DNA of 64,000 nt, taken from the NCBI RefSeq assembly GCF_013122565.1, contig NZ_CP053258.1, one strand, 5' to 3'. The DNA comes from Escherichia coli. Its GTDB lineage: Bacteria > Pseudomonadota > Gammaproteobacteria > Enterobacterales > Enterobacteriaceae. A model generated the notes under the pieces. It saw only the letters and a list, made by a program, of their open reading frames with translations. It did not search any database and was not told the DNA's origin. Shown here one piece after another: positions 15,678 to 27,399 of the stretch. The position numbers and the translations under genes are program-made. The number at the start of each line of letters is the position of its first letter. The stretch's first letter is position 1.

Positions 15678-16967
15678 ATGACGCGCCGTGCTATCGGGGT
15701 GAGTGAAAGACCGCCACTTTTACAGACAATCCCGCTTAGTTTGCAACATTTGTTCGCCATGTTTGGTGCAACCGTCCTGGTGCCCGTCTTATTTCATATT
15801 AACCCGGCGACTGTACTGTTATTTAACGGTATTGGAACGCTGCTGTATCTCTTCATCTGTAAAGGGAAAATTCCGGCTTATCTTGGTTCCAGCTTTGCCT
15901 TTATTTCACCGGTATTGTTACTGTTGCCGTTAGGGTATGAAGTCGCGCTGGGCGGCTTTATTATGTGCGGCGTGCTGTTCTGCCTGGTTTCTTTTATCGT
16001 GAAGAAAGCGGGGACCGGCTGGCTGGACGTGCTGTTTCCACCTGCGGCAATGGGCGCAATCGTTGCCGTCATCGGTCTGGAGCTGGCGGGCGTAGCTGCC
16101 GGTATGGCGGGTTTACTCCCGGCTGAAGGGCAAACGCCAGACTCCAAAACCATCATCATCTCTATTACCACCCTGGCGGTCACGGTTTTAGGTTCCGTGC
16201 TGTTTCGTGGTTTCCTGGCAATTATCCCGATTTTAATTGGCGTGCTGGTGGGGTACGCGCTCTCTTTCGCAATGGGAATTGTCGATACCACGCCGATTAT
16301 TAATGCTCACTGGTTTGCGCTGCCAACCCTCTATACGCCGCGCTTCGAGTGGTTTGCCATTCTGACTATTCTGCCAGCGGCGTTAGTGGTTATTGCCGAA
16401 CACGTAGGGCACCTGGTAGTAACGGCTAATATCGTCAAAAAAGATCTGCTGCGCGATCCAGGTCTGCACCGTTCGATGTTTGCTAACGGCCTGTCGACCG
16501 TGATCTCCGGCTTCTTTGGCTCTACGCCAAATACCACTTACGGAGAAAACATTGGCGTGATGGCGATCACCCGTGTTTACAGTACCTGGGTTATCGGCGG
16601 GGCGGCGATTTTCGCTATCCTGCTTTCCTGCGTCGGTAAACTGGCTGCTGCTATCCAGATGATCCCATTGCCGGTGATGGGTGGTGTTTCGCTGCTGCTT
16701 TACGGTGTCATCGGTGCTTCTGGTATTCGTGTGTTGATCGAATCGAAAGTGGATTACAACAAAGCACAGAACCTGATCCTGACTTCCGTGATTTTGATCA
16801 TCGGCGTCAGTGGCGCGAAGGTAAACATCGGCGCGGCGGAGTTGAAAGGTATGGCGCTGGCGACCATCGTCGGTATCGGCTTAAGTTTGATCTTCAAACT
16901 GATCAGTGTGCTGCGCCCTGAAGAAGTGGTGCTGGACGCAGAAGACGCGGATATAACAGACAAATAA
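15678..16967 (+). CDS. uraA: Uracil:H+ symporter (NCS2/NAT family)
   Basis: ORF trimmed to the ATG at 15678 ([32 protein letters not shown]...); 429 aa; polytopic membrane protein. Confidence 0.95.
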   Translation: MTRRAIGVSERPPLLQTIPLSLQHLFAMFGATVLVPVLFHINPATVLLFNGIGTLLYLFICKGKIPAYLGSSFAFISPVLLLLPLGYEVALGGFIMCGVLFCLVSFIVKKAGTGWLDVLFPPAAMGAIVAVIGLELAGVAAGMAGLLPAEGQTPDSKTIIISITTLAVTVLGSVLFRGFLAIIPILIGVLVGYALSFAMGIVDTTPIINAHWFALPTLYTPRFEWFAILTILPAALVVIAEHVGHLVVTANIVKKDLLRDPGLHRSMFANGLSTVISGFFGSTPNTTYGENIGVMAITRVYSTWVIGGAAIFAILLSCVGKLAAAIQMIPLPVMGGVSLLLYGVIGASGIRVLIESKVDYNKAQNLILTSVILIIGVSGAKVNIGAAELKGMALATIVGIGLSLIFKLISVLRPEEVVLDAEDADITDK

Positions 16968-17016
16968 TGTACCGACCGGGCAGTGTTGCTGCCCGGTTCA
17001 AACATCATGGGATTCT

Positions 17017-17763
17017 GTGGTAAACTTCTCGCGATTTTGTGAAATCCTGGTTGAGGTATCTCTGAACACACCGGCACAGCTCTCTTTGCCACTTTATCTT
17101 CCTGACGACGAAACCTTTGCAAGTTTCTGGCCGGGGGATAACTCCTCTTTACTGGCCGCGCTGCAAAACGTGCTGCGTCAGGAACATAGCGGTTACATCT
17201 ATCTCTGGGCACGCGAAGGCGCGGGGCGCAGCCATCTGCTGCACGCGGCTTGCGCGGAATTGTCGCAGCGTGGCGATGCGGTGGGCTATGTCCCGCTGGA
17301 TAAACGCACCTGGTTTGTTCCGGAAGTGCTCGACGGTATGGAGCATTTGTCGCTGGTCTGTATCGACAACATTGAGTGTATTGCAGGCGATGAGTTGTGG
17401 GAGATGGCGATTTTCGATCTCTACAATCGAATTCTGGAATCGGGCAAAACACGGTTGTTGATCACCGGCGATCGTCCACCGCGGCAGTTGAATCTGGGAT
17501 TACCGGATCTCGCGTCGCGACTCGACTGGGGGCAGATCTACAAATTGCAGCCACTTTCTGATGAAGATAAGTTGCAGGCGCTACAGTTACGCGCGCGTTT
17601 GCGTGGTTTTGAACTGCCGGAAGATGTGGGGCGTTTCTTGCTGAAGCGGCTCGACAGAGAGATGCGCACGCTATTTATGACGCTGGATCAGTTGGATCGT
17701 GCGTCGATTACCGCGCAACGTAAGCTGACCATTCCGTTTGTGAAAGAAATTCTGAAGTTGTAG
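17017..17763 (+). CDS. hda: DnaA-inactivating AAA+ protein Hda (ORF from first in-frame start; physiological start probably the CUG at 17062)
   Basis: 248-codon ORF; sequence from ...[21 protein letters not shown]... matches Hda; literature reports translation initiation at a CUG giving a shorter protein, and a CTG codon sits at 17062 immediately before NTPAQ. Confidence 0.88.
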
Positions 17764-17778
17764 ATAAGGTGTTTATTG

Positions 17779-17875
17779 TCGGATGCGGCGCGAACGCCTT
17801 ATCCGAACTACGCGAAGTTAATCCATAGTATTCGTAGGCCGGATAAGACGTGGCAAGCGTCGCATCCGGCAATGT
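17779..17875. repeat. REP element pair between convergent hda and yfgD
   Basis: gtcggatgcggcgcgaacgccttatccgaactac and gtaggccggataagacgtggcaagcgtcgcatccggc: inverted REP copies. Confidence 0.8.
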
Positions 17876-17900
17876 GCTTCAACTAGCGATGGAGCACATC

Positions 17901-18260
17901 TTAACCTACGATTTCCAGTACCTGCTCCGGTGGACGACCAATCCGCGCTTTGCCATTCGCGACCACAATCGGGCGCTCCATCAGCTTCGGATTATCCACC
18001 ATTGCCTGAATTAGCGCCTCTTCGCTAAGCGAACTGTCAGCCAGGTTCAGTTCTTTATAAAGATCCTCTTTCTGGCGCATCAATTCACGGGCGCTATTCA
18101 TCCCCAGCATTTTCAGCAAATCGCTCAGCGTTGCCGCATCGGCGGGTGTCTCAAGGTAGAGCACCACTTCTGGCTCCACGCCGTTTTCTTTCAGCAGGTT
18201 CAGCGTTTCCCGGCTCTTTGAACAGCGTGGGTTATGGTAGATTTTTACCTGTTTGGTCAT
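17901..18260 (-). CDS. yfgD: ArsC/Spx-family thioredoxin-fold protein
   Basis: 119 aa; MTKQVKIYHNPRCSKSRETLNLLKENGVEPEVVLYLETP...; conserved N-terminal Cys of the ArsC family. Confidence 0.88.
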   Translation of the reverse strand: MTKQVKIYHNPRCSKSRETLNLLKENGVEPEVVLYLETPADAATLSDLLKMLGMNSARELMRQKEDLYKELNLADSSLSEEALIQAMVDNPKLMERPIVVANGKARIGRPPEQVLEIVG

Positions 18261-18280
18261 TGTTCTTCCTTTAATGCGAA

Positions 18281-19744
18281 TTACATCTTGGTATAAGGCT
18301 TAAAGCGTTCCTGCAGCTGGCGCAACTGGTCGATGCGAGCATCGTAACGTGCTTGTTGCAGGCTGCCTAATTTCACCTGCGAACTGGCGCTACTCAACAA
18401 GGAAATAGCCTGATCGAGTCGCCCGGCGAGCGCATAACCTTCTGCTCGCGCAGCCAGTTCCTGATCGCGGTTATTTAGCGCGGCTTCCGCCTGTGCCAGT
18501 AAATCCCAGCCGTTGCTGTCATCTTTATTGTTAAAAGTGTAGCGATTGAGAATATTGGCCGCTTCTTGTGGTTGACCGCCTTGTAGATAAGCGTTCGCCA
18601 GGTTGAGCTGCAACACAGGATTGGTGCGCAAATCACGGGCATTTTTCAGGCGATTGATTGCCTCATTGGCTTTGTTTTGCCCAAGATCGATATCGGTAGC
18701 CAGATCGAGATACCATGCGTTGCCAGGTTCTGCCGCCAGTAACGGTTGCAGCGTTTTACGCGCCTCGTCGTATTTATTGGCTTCCATCGCCTGTAAAGCA
18801 CGACCATATTGCGCCGCTCGTTGCTGACGAACGTTTCCTTTCGCCCATTCATCCAGCAAATCACTGGTGAGCTGGTTACGTCCGGAATTATACATCCCCA
18901 GTGTGCGCGCTTTCGCCAGATAGAAATCTTCCGACGACTGCACCACCATCGGGCGCATCTGATTAGCACGGTTGCGGGCATCTGCCAGACGACTTTCCGG
19001 CAAAGGGTGAGTCAATAAAATTTCCGGCGGGCGCGAGGAGTAACGCGCCTGATCGAGTAATTTTTCGAGGAAGGTTGGCATCGCCTGCGGATCGAATCCT
19101 GAGCGTTGCAGCACCTGAATACCAATGCGGTCCGCTTCCTGTTCATTTTGCTGGGTGAAACTGATCATCCCCTGGCGCGTTCCCGCCAGTGTACCGGTCA
19201 GCGCCGCCATCCCTGCCTGCGGACTGGCCATCGCCAGTAAAATAGAACCTAACGCGCCGACCCAGGTCAGCGGCGCGCTGCGCTGCTGATCTTCCATCGC
19301 TCGCGCCAGGTGACGTTGGGTGACGTGGGAGATTTCGTGCGCCATAACTGAAGCCAGTTGACTTTCGTTATCGGAATAACGGAACAGGGCAGAGTGCAGC
19401 ACCACGTTGCCGCCAAAGAAAGCAAAGGCGTTAATTTCGTCGTTGTTGATCAGAAAGAAATGAAACGGTGTCTTAACCGAATTGGCATGCGAAACCAGAC
19501 GCATCCCCAGCGAATTAATATATTGCGTTAACAGCGGGTCATTAATTAACGGCGCGCTGCCGCGTAGCTGGCGGACATAATAGTCGCCCATCTGCATTTC
19601 CTGACCAATGGAAAGCGTGCTTCCTGCGGAGGTTCCCATATCCGGCAAGGTGTCTGCGCTGTCGGCAAACGCCGGGGCTACCTGACCAATGGTCATAGCA
19701 GCAATGAGGGTTGCAACCAGGTTTTTTTTCAACTGCCTGAACAT
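18281..19744 (-). CDS. bepA: Periplasmic beta-barrel assembly-enhancing M48 metalloprotease with TPR domain
   Basis: 487 aa; signal peptide; HEISH zinc motif ([12 protein letters not shown]); C-terminal TPR-like repeats; equals YfgC. Confidence 0.92.
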
Positions 19745-19956
19745 AACCTCTATCCTGTATTTCTGGAGATAGTCATTTGACCGATACTGTGAAATATCGT
19801 TCCCACCGCGCCGCCTTTGAGTGTAACGGCGAAGATTAGCCCACTCAAATGACTTTTCAGTTTCCTGAATCCGTCATAAAAAGCGAAGTCTTTTTTGTGA
19901 CATTTCGATACAATTGCGGATCGCAATCCCGCTCTTGAGGTTCAGGGAAGGTCTTT

Positions 19957-21018
19957 ATGCTCGAAATGTTGATGCAATGGTATCGCCGCCGTTTTAGCGA
20001 CCCGGAAGCGATTGCCTTGCTGGTTATTTTAGTTGCCGGATTTGGCATTATCTTTTTCTTTAGTGGCCTGCTTGCTCCGTTGCTGGTGGCTATTGTGCTG
20101 GCCTATTTGCTGGAATGGCCAACCGTGCGCCTGCAATCTATTGGCTGCTCCCGCCGCTGGGCGACGTCGATTGTATTGGTGGTTTTCGTCGGTATATTGC
20201 TACTGATGGCGTTCGTGGTACTGCCTATCGCCTGGCAGCAGGGCATCTACTTAATCCGCGATATGCCGGGGATGCTCAATAAGCTTTCTGACTTTGCCGC
20301 CACGTTGCCGCGCCGCTATCCGGCGTTAATGGATGCGGGCATTATTGATGCAATGGCCGAAAATATGCGCAGTCGGATGCTGACCATGGGCGATTCGGTG
20401 GTGAAAATTTCCCTCGCCTCGCTGGTCGGTTTGCTGACCATAGCCGTCTATCTGGTGCTGGTGCCATTGATGGTCTTCTTCCTGCTGAAAGACAAAGAGC
20501 AGATGCTGAACGCCGTTCGTCGGGTGCTGCCGCGTAACCGCGGACTGGCAGGACAGGTGTGGAAGGAGATGAATCAACAAATCACCAACTATATTCGCGG
20601 CAAAGTGCTGGAGATGATCGTGGTGGGGATCGCCACCTGGCTGGGGTTCTTACTCTTCGGGCTGAACTATTCGCTGCTGCTGGCGGTGCTGGTCGGCTTC
20701 TCGGTACTTATTCCGTACATTGGCGCATTTGTGGTAACCATTCCGGTGGTTGGCGTGGCGCTATTCCAGTTTGGTGCAGGCACGGAATTCTGGAGCTGCT
20801 TCGCGGTGTATCTGATTATTCAGGCGCTGGACGGCAACCTGTTAGTACCGGTGTTGTTCTCCGAAGCGGTTAACCTGCATCCGCTGGTGATTATTTTATC
20901 GGTGGTGATCTTCGGTGGTTTGTGGGGATTCTGGGGCGTATTCTTCGCCATTCCGTTGGCAACGCTGATCAAAGCCGTGATTCACGCCTGGCCTGATGGG
21001 CAAATAGCGCAAGAATAA
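19957..21018 (+). CDS. perM: AI-2E family (PerM) inner-membrane permease
   Basis: 353 aa; polytopic membrane protein matching YfgO/PerM. Confidence 0.88.
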   Translation: MLEMLMQWYRRRFSDPEAIALLVILVAGFGIIFFFSGLLAPLLVAIVLAYLLEWPTVRLQSIGCSRRWATSIVLVVFVGILLLMAFVVLPIAWQQGIYLIRDMPGMLNKLSDFAATLPRRYPALMDAGIIDAMAENMRSRMLTMGDSVVKISLASLVGLLTIAVYLVLVPLMVFFLLKDKEQMLNAVRRVLPRNRGLAGQVWKEMNQQITNYIRGKVLEMIVVGIATWLGFLLFGLNYSLLLAVLVGFSVLIPYIGAFVVTIPVVGVALFQFGAGTEFWSCFAVYLIIQALDGNLLVPVLFSEAVNLHPLVIILSVVIFGGLWGFWGVFFAIPLATLIKAVIHAWPDGQIAQE

Positions 21019-21022
21019 TCTT

Positions 21023-21057
21023 CAGCCCGACGAACTGTTTCGCCGGGCTGATTTTTT
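21023..21057. terminator. Rho-independent terminator between convergent perM and focB
   Basis: cagcccgacgaactgtttcgccgggctgatttttt: 7-bp GC stem plus T-tract; overlaps the focB stop codon. Confidence 0.7.
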
Positions 21058-21904
21058 AGGGTTCCTGACGTAAATAAATAGCCCGATAACAAATACTCAC
21101 CAGCACTGCACCGCCGATAATATTACCCAGCATCACCGGGAGCAGATTGGCGGTAATAAAATGGCTGACCGTCAGTGCCGGAAAATTGTCTGCGCTACTG
21201 TGCGCCAGTTGCCAGAAGGGGGGAGGGGCGAAATGGCGAATGGCAATGGCGAACGGAATCACAAACAAATTGGCGATACAGTGCTCAAAGCCACTGGCGA
21301 CAAACAGGGTGATGGGCAAAATCATGGCGACGATTTTGTCGCATAACGAACGCCCGCAATAACTCATCCACAGCGCCAGGCAAACCATCAGATTGCACAT
21401 AATGCCGAGGCTGACAGATTCAGTAAATGTATGATGCATTTTGCCCTCGGCGCAGTGTAAAACCGCGACTCCCCACATCGCGTTTTCACTCATCACCAGC
21501 CCGGAAAACCAGATTAACAAACTGAAACAGGCAATACCTGCCAGATTACCGCAGGCCACCAGAAGTGCGTTAATCAGCCATGTTCGCCAACTAATAACGC
21601 CCCGACTTTTTGCCATCACCGTCATTACCGACGAGGTGAACAGGCTGGTGCCGCAAACCGCCAGCAAAATAAAGCCGAGTGTAAAGCAAAGGCCGCCCAC
21701 CAGATGGGTTAATGCCTGTGAAGACGGGGCATCGGCGATAACGGAAAGGTAAAAAGTAAATCCGATCGCCATAAACACGCCAGCGGACATCGCCATTAAA
21801 AAGACCGACACTTTACTGCGGGCAATTTTATGGGCGGCAATCCGTTCAGCGATTGCCGCTTTTCTGGCGCTCAACTGCAAGTCGAAAGAGAGTTTGTTTC
21901 TCAT
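21056..21904 (-). CDS. focB: Formate channel (FNT family)
   Basis: 282 aa; formate/nitrite transporter fold; last gene of the hyf-hyfR-focB cluster. Confidence 0.92.
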   Translation of the reverse strand: MRNKLSFDLQLSARKAAIAERIAAHKIARSKVSVFLMAMSAGVFMAIGFTFYLSVIADAPSSQALTHLVGGLCFTLGFILLAVCGTSLFTSSVMTVMAKSRGVISWRTWLINALLVACGNLAGIACFSLLIWFSGLVMSENAMWGVAVLHCAEGKMHHTFTESVSLGIMCNLMVCLALWMSYCGRSLCDKIVAMILPITLFVASGFEHCIANLFVIPFAIAIRHFAPPPFWQLAHSSADNFPALTVSHFITANLLPVMLGNIIGGAVLVSICYRAIYLRQEP

Positions 21905-21925
21905 GCATACTCCTGCAAAAGCAGA

Positions 21926-23941
21926 TTACAACACCTCGCGAACCGAGATCCCCAGACGCTGCATTCGTGACAGCAGCGTGGTGCGCTTCATCCCTAATCG
22001 TGTCGCCGCGCCACGGGGCCCGGCAACAATGCCATTGGTTTCTCGCAATACCTGAACAATGCGCTGAGGTTCTTCTTCGTCATTCTCTGGCGTCGTCGGG
22101 TGCAGCAACTGCGCCATTGAACTGCGAAGCGCTGAATCTTCATTTAGCGTCGGCAGTAAACGGCTTTGTCGGACATTAAGATGTAAATTCAGACTGTTAC
22201 CGCGAGTCAGCAGTACCGCTCGCTCAATCACGTTTTCCAGCTCGCGCACGTTGCCCGGCCAGTCCCACGACATCAACTGGCGTAGCGCCTCGGTCGGGAT
22301 GGCGTCAATTGCGCGATTCATATGGCGCGCCATTTTTTGCGTGAAATGTTTTGCTAAAAGAGGGATATCTTCCGGACGGTCGCGCAGCGGCGGCAATTCC
22401 AGTGGGAAGACATTCAGGCGATAAAAGAGATCGCTGCGAAACTGGCGATCTTCAACCATTTGCCACAAATCACGGTTGGTGGCGGCAATGACTCTGACAT
22501 TCACCGGGATCGTTCTACTCCCGCCGAGACGCTCAATTTCCCGCTCCTGCAATACGCGCAGCAGTTTAGGCTGAAGTTCTAACGGCAGATCGCCAATTTC
22601 ATCGAGAAACAACGTGCCGCCATCGGCAATTTCAAAACGACCACGATGGGTATTAATCGCACCAGTAAACGCCCCTTTGTCATGACCGAATAACTCACTT
22701 TCCAGAAGACTGGCGGGGATGGCAGCGCAGTTGATTTTGACCAGCGGCTTGTCGCGTCGCGGGCTAAGTTGATGGATCGCTCTGGCGATCACCTCTTTGC
22801 CGGTTCCGGTTTCACCACAAATCAACACCGTACTGTCGCTCTTCGCCACAATATCTACCTGCTGGAGCAGGTCTTCCATTGCCTGGCTTTGATAGATAAT
22901 GTCACCGACGCCCAGATTCGAAAGGAGCTGCTCGCTAAGCTGGTGGTTTTCTTGCTGCAAACTTTCCTGCAAATCGGTCATGCTACGCCAGGCATCGGCA
23001 TTGCCAACGGCAATAGCGATGCGATCGGCTATGTGTTGTAGTAGCTGGCAGTTTTCCTCACTAAAGAGAGTGGAAGAGGTATGCGCCAGCAACAATGCAC
23101 CCGGTGTATGGTTGCCAAAGGTAAGCGGTATAAGGAGCGCAGATTCGCAGCCGTTAGATGCAAGTAAGTGTAATAACGGGTCGCGTTGCCAGAGAAACAG
23201 ATCGTCTGCACGGTGCGTCAAGGTCGGTTGTCGGGTTTGTAGCGTTTGTGTCAGCAATACACTGTCGCCAGGCATATTGCGTGGCAGACACGCACAATGT
23301 GAGGCAGAAAGATCGCTGCACCACAGGCTGAACTTCTCGTTCTTTCGATGATCGCCCAGTACCATACTGACTGAAGCCAGACCGAAAAAATGATGGATCT
23401 CACGAGCGACGTCAGCGATCAGATCGTCGAGATCAAGATGTGACAGCACTGCATTAGTGATATCCACCAGTACCCGATGATGATCGCGATCTTTCTCCAG
23501 CAAACGCAGCGCCACCTGTTGTTCTTCATCATTGAGCCATGATTGCAGAACCGGGGTGATAATGCGTGCCAGCCAGTTAAACAGTGTGCAATCCTGGGGA
23601 GTAAAACGGCTGCCGTGGGTACGTATAAAGCGTAGCTCCGCCATTCCACTACTGCCGAGAAGGACGGCGTGACGCGAATAATCGACCATCTCGCCCTGAT
23701 ACTCTGTTGTTGCCGTCACATCGCTGCCATCATCATGGTAGCGGTAATAGAAGTTGCTTTTGAGAACATGCAGTTCAATAAGTTGTACCGGGCTGAACGG
23801 CGGCGGCAGCGGGATGAAGGCGCGTAATAAAGACGCCTTGCCGTGTTTCTGTGCTAACCGCTCCGCGAGCATTCCGTTTACCGCTTCAATTGTTATTCCT
23901 TGTGGCGGGGCAAACATCGCCTCGTCTGACATAGCCATCAA
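21926..23941 (-). CDS. hyfR: Sigma54-dependent transcriptional activator of the hyf operon (FhlA-like)
   Basis: 671-codon ORF; GAF-type N-terminus, AAA+ sigma54-interaction domain ([14 protein letters not shown]), C-terminal HTH. Confidence 0.93.
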   Translation of the reverse strand: MMAMSDEAMFAPPQGITIEAVNGMLAERLAQKHGKASLLRAFIPLPPPFSPVQLIELHVLKSNFYYRYHDDGSDVTATTEYQGEMVDYSRHAVLLGSSGMAELRFIRTHGSRFTPQDCTLFNWLARIITPVLQSWLNDEEQQVALRLLEKDRDHHRVLVDITNAVLSHLDLDDLIADVAREIHHFFGLASVSMVLGDHRKNEKFSLWCSDLSASHCACLPRNMPGDSVLLTQTLQTRQPTLTHRADDLFLWQRDPLLHLLASNGCESALLIPLTFGNHTPGALLLAHTSSTLFSEENCQLLQHIADRIAIAVGNADAWRSMTDLQESLQQENHQLSEQLLSNLGVGDIIYQSQAMEDLLQQVDIVAKSDSTVLICGETGTGKEVIARAIHQLSPRRDKPLVKINCAAIPASLLESELFGHDKGAFTGAINTHRGRFEIADGGTLFLDEIGDLPLELQPKLLRVLQEREIERLGGSRTIPVNVRVIAATNRDLWQMVEDRQFRSDLFYRLNVFPLELPPLRDRPEDIPLLAKHFTQKMARHMNRAIDAIPTEALRQLMSWDWPGNVRELENVIERAVLLTRGNSLNLHLNVRQSRLLPTLNEDSALRSSMAQLLHPTTPENDEEEPQRIVQVLRETNGIVAGPRGAATRLGMKRTTLLSRMQRLGISVREVL

Positions 23942-23967
23942 CAGTCCTTATTAATGAGAAATCCTTC

Positions 23968-24381
23968 TCACGCAATTTTTCTGGCCATCAGATAGATGGC
24001 CGGTTCCTGCACAATTTCATCCAACAGATGAATGAATTGAATGCTACGCGCTTGCCACACAGACGTCGCGTCATCCGCCAGTGGCGCGAATGCCCGGGTC
24101 AACAGGGCGGTGTGGCTGGTGTCAATAACAATCTCACCAAAAGTCATCACCCCCAGCATCTTACGTCGGGCTTGCTCCTCTTCGACCAGTGCAAGCCAAT
24201 CTTCGTATTCCGTCAGTGGGCAGCGGAAGGCGACATTCAGACAATCAATCACGCCAACGTGATGACCGATAGCCAGTGAGTAATACATTACCTGAGAGCT
24301 GTGTTCCGGCATCTCGTCGCTACTGGCGACAAACTTTTTTCGCAGCGTCCAGAAAACAATTTCCCCGCACTCTTCAGTCAT
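23968..24381 (-). CDS. hyfJ: HycH-like hydrogenase maturation/assembly factor
   Basis: ORF 23968..24483 trimmed to [17 protein letters not shown]... (137 aa); its start overlaps the hyfI stop by 8 nt. Confidence 0.85.
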   Translation of the reverse strand: MTEECGEIVFWTLRKKFVASSDEMPEHSSQVMYYSLAIGHHVGVIDCLNVAFRCPLTEYEDWLALVEEEQARRKMLGVMTFGEIVIDTSHTALLTRAFAPLADDATSVWQARSIQFIHLLDEIVQEPAIYLMARKIA

Positions 24382-25132
24382 GTAACCCCCGGAGTACGCG
24401 AAAGAGTTGCTGAACGATACTATTGAGACGCGGATCGTCGGCTTCGCGCAACCAGGTGTTAACCTGATTTCCTGTAGGATCATCGCTTAAATGGCGCAGG
24501 AGCCGATCGCAAATTTCTCGCCCCTGACGATAGCCTGCCAGCCGCCGCGCTTCTCGCTCAACGGCGATACGCTGTGATGGCGGGATCTGCGGCCACAGCG
24601 GTTGCATAGTCACCCCGGTGGGATCGCGATAATCCACCGCGTGAATCTTCTGTTGCAGCAAACCGAGCGCCACGGCGAAACCGTGAATGGTGGCGGCCGG
24701 TGTTGGCGGGCAGCCGGGGATCCAAACATCAATGGGGACAATGGTGTCGCTGCCGCCCCAGACGCTGTAGAGATCGTGGAAAATACCGCCGCCGACACCG
24801 CACGCGCCGTAGGAAACACAGATTTTATGATCGGGGGCAGACTCATACGCCCGAAGTGCAGGCATACGCATCGCCCGGGTGACTGCGCCAGTAAATAACA
24901 AAATATCGGCGTGACGCGGTGATGAAACAACCTTAATGCCAAAACGTTCTGCGTCGAATACTGGTGTGATGGCGGCAAAAATTTCGATTTCACAGGCGTT
25001 GCAGCCGCCGCAATCGACGCGATAAACGTAGGCTGAGCGACGGATATCCTGTAGCAAATGCCGCTTCATCTTTTGCGTTTGCTCGTCTAGCATGATGGGC
25101 TGGCTGACATGTTGTGTAAGCACTGGACTCAT
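24374..25132 (-). CDS. hyfI: Hydrogenase-4 small subunit (NuoB/HycG-like, Fe-S)
   Basis: 252 aa; NuoB-type cysteine pattern (CGGCN...GCPP). Confidence 0.92.
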   Translation of the reverse strand: MSPVLTQHVSQPIMLDEQTQKMKRHLLQDIRRSAYVYRVDCGGCNACEIEIFAAITPVFDAERFGIKVVSSPRHADILLFTGAVTRAMRMPALRAYESAPDHKICVSYGACGVGGGIFHDLYSVWGGSDTIVPIDVWIPGCPPTPAATIHGFAVALGLLQQKIHAVDYRDPTGVTMQPLWPQIPPSQRIAVEREARRLAGYRQGREICDRLLRHLSDDPTGNQVNTWLREADDPRLNSIVQQLFRVLRGLHD

Positions 25133-25674
25133 AGCTGCTCCTTAGCCACCAGCGGTACATCTGTATCGTCGTTGATCAGCGTCGCGCGTTGTTTGCACTC
25201 CGGGCAGACGCTCGCTTGCGCCCGCAACATTTCGCGGTTTTGTGGCGCATTTTGTTGCTGTGCCAACAATTCAGCAGCCAGTGCGACGGTTTTTTGCGGG
25301 GCAAACGGGCGTTCGCAACGGCTGCAACGTTGTAGATGGAACGTCGCGCGGGTATAGAGATCGGCTTTATTGGTGACGGTCAGTTCAAAGTTATTGGTAA
25401 GCTGAATGGCTCTGGTCGGGCACACTTCTTCACAACGTCCGCAGTAAATACAACGCCCCAGATAGAGCTGCCAGGTGCGCGAATTTTGCTGGTTGTCGGT
25501 CTGGATAGTCAGCGCATTTGCCGGACAAGCACAGGCGCAGGCACCGCAGGCAATACATTGGCTGGGCATCAGGTCCGGTTTCCCGCGAAAGCCTGGGCTG
25601 ACCTCCAGTGGCGCGAAGGGATATTTCACCGTCGCGGTTCCGGCGCGCATAATAGTTTTCAGTAACTTCAGCAT
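25129..25674 (-). CDS. hyfH: Hydrogenase-4 ferredoxin-like subunit (2x[4Fe-4S])
   Basis: 181 aa; two CxxCxxCxxxCP motifs. Confidence 0.92.
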   Translation of the reverse strand: MLKLLKTIMRAGTATVKYPFAPLEVSPGFRGKPDLMPSQCIACGACACACPANALTIQTDNQQNSRTWQLYLGRCIYCGRCEEVCPTRAIQLTNNFELTVTNKADLYTRATFHLQRCSRCERPFAPQKTVALAAELLAQQQNAPQNREMLRAQASVCPECKQRATLINDDTDVPLVAKEQL

Positions 25675-25683
25675 CTTCTGTCC

Positions 25684-27399
25684 TTACTTCAGCGGCGAAC
25701 GGTTACGATCAATGCCGTAGCGTTCGATCTCTTTATACGGCACGGTTTTTGACTGGCGCTTGCGCACATCAACCAGCGTCACACGGTCGGTACAGGAGTA
25801 GCAGGGATCAAGGCTACCGATAATCAGCGGTGCGTCAGAAACGGTATTGCCGCGTAGCATGTAACGCAGCACCGGCCAGTTGGCGTAGGTGGCGGCACGA
25901 CAGCGCCAGCGGAACAATTTTTGGTTATCACCGAGCATGCTCCAGTGCACGTCTTCACCGCGTGGCGCTTCAACAAAGCCGAGCGCGAATGCGTGAGGTT
26001 TATAGCTAAAGCCTTCGGTCAGCAGCGGGGTATCCGGCATGTTGTCGAGGGCAAATTCCAGCATTGCCAGCGAATCAAACGTCTCTTTGACACGGACCAT
26101 CACGCGGGAGAAGACATCGCCGCCGGTAAAGGTAAACAATGTTTTTGGAATATTGCCGTAGTCGGCGTAGGGGTGATCAAAGCGCAAATCACGGGCAAAA
26201 CCACTGCCGCGGATCAGCGGTCCTACGGGGCTATAATCACGGGCGATTTGTCGGTCGAGAATGCCAATGCCCTGAGTGCGTTGTTCCATATTCGGCGTGG
26301 CAAGCAGCATTTCTACCAGCTCGGACACGTCGGCGCGCATCTCGCGCACCAGTTTCAGCGTTTGCAGACGTTGCTCTTTGAGAATATCGCGGCGAACACC
26401 ACCAATCAGATTCAGACCGTAGGTTTTACGCGACCCGGTCAGCAATTCCGCCATCGTCATCGACTTTTCCCGCACGCGGAAAAATTGCATAAAGCCGGTA
26501 TCAAATCCAACAAAATGGCAGGAGAGGCCAAGGTTGAGCAAATGACTGTGCAGACGTTCGACTTCCAGCAGAATCGAGCGAATAGTATGCGCTCGTTGCG
26601 GCACCTCAATACCCAGTGCATTTTCAACCGAGTTGGTATAGGCCACACTGTGGGCAAAACCGCAAATCCCACACACGCGGTCCGATAAGAAGGTCACTTC
26701 GTTGTAGCCCATCCGCGTTTCTGCCAGTTTCTCCATGCCGCGATGGACATAAAACAGGCGGTAATCAGCATCGACAATTTGCTCGCCATCCACAAACAAG
26801 CGGAAGTGACCCGGTTCATCGGAGGTGATATGCAGCGGGCCGACAGGGATCACCCGCGCATCGCTGTTGCCCTCATTGATAAACGGATACGTTTCGGTAT
26901 CAGTCGTCGGTTCAGGGCGCAGTCGATAATCCATCGCATCTTTGCGCAGCGGATGCATATCTTCCGGCCAGTCATCGGGCAACACCAGGCGACGCTGATC
27001 AGGCAGGCCAACCGGAATCAGCCCGTACATATCGCGAATTTCTCGCTCGCCCCAGACCGCGGCAGGGACGCGCGGTGTGACTGACGGAAACTCCCGACTG
27101 TCGGCATCGACCAGTGCCTTCACCACGATCCAGCATTTTTCGGCCCCTTCCATTGAAAGGGCATAATAAACCGCGTAATGACCGTTAAGTGTCCGCTCGT
27201 CGTTGCCAAACAGAACCGGAAGCCAGCCATCATGTTGATAATAAAGATAATGTACAACGTCAGGCAGCAGATTGATTTTCACCGTAATGGTAACCTGTTC
27301 AGGCGTTTGTCGCTCTTCATCCAGCACCGCGCCGGGGAACTGCGTTTTCAGGGCGGCGAGAATCGCTTCGCCACGATTTGACGATGAATTAACGTTCAC
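25684..27399 (-). CDS. hyfG: Hydrogenase-4 [NiFe] large subunit (HycE/NuoCD-like)
   Basis: ORF 25684..27444; GTG at 27399 is preceded by GGAGA and gives [14 protein letters not shown]...; N-terminal RxCGxC and C-terminal DPCxSC nickel-ligating motifs. Confidence 0.9.
   Translation of the reverse strand: MNVNSSSNRGEAILAALKTQFPGAVLDEERQTPEQVTITVKINLLPDVVHYLYYQHDGWLPVLFGNDERTLNGHYAVYYALSMEGAEKCWIVVKALVDADSREFPSVTPRVPAAVWGEREIRDMYGLIPVGLPDQRRLVLPDDWPEDMHPLRKDAMDYRLRPEPTTDTETYPFINEGNSDARVIPVGPLHITSDEPGHFRLFVDGEQIVDADYRLFYVHRGMEKLAETRMGYNEVTFLSDRVCGICGFAHSVAYTNSVENALGIEVPQRAHTIRSILLEVERLHSHLLNLGLSCHFVGFDTGFMQFFRVREKSMTMAELLTGSRKTYGLNLIGGVRRDILKEQRLQTLKLVREMRADVSELVEMLLATPNMEQRTQGIGILDRQIARDYSPVGPLIRGSGFARDLRFDHPYADYGNIPKTLFTFTGGDVFSRVMVRVKETFDSLAMLEFALDNMPDTPLLTEGFSYKPHAFALGFVEAPRGEDVHWSMLGDNQKLFRWRCRAATYANWPVLRYMLRGNTVSDAPLIIGSLDPCYSCTDRVTLVDVRKRQSKTVPYKEIERYGIDRNRSPLK

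Noticed and set aside
14855-15760. 301-aa minus-strand ORF spanning the upp promoter and upp gene
   Set aside because: It overlaps upp on the opposite strand and crosses the purM-upp regulatory region; there is no RBS or domain, whereas the sense frame encodes an unmistakable uracil phosphoribosyltransferase.
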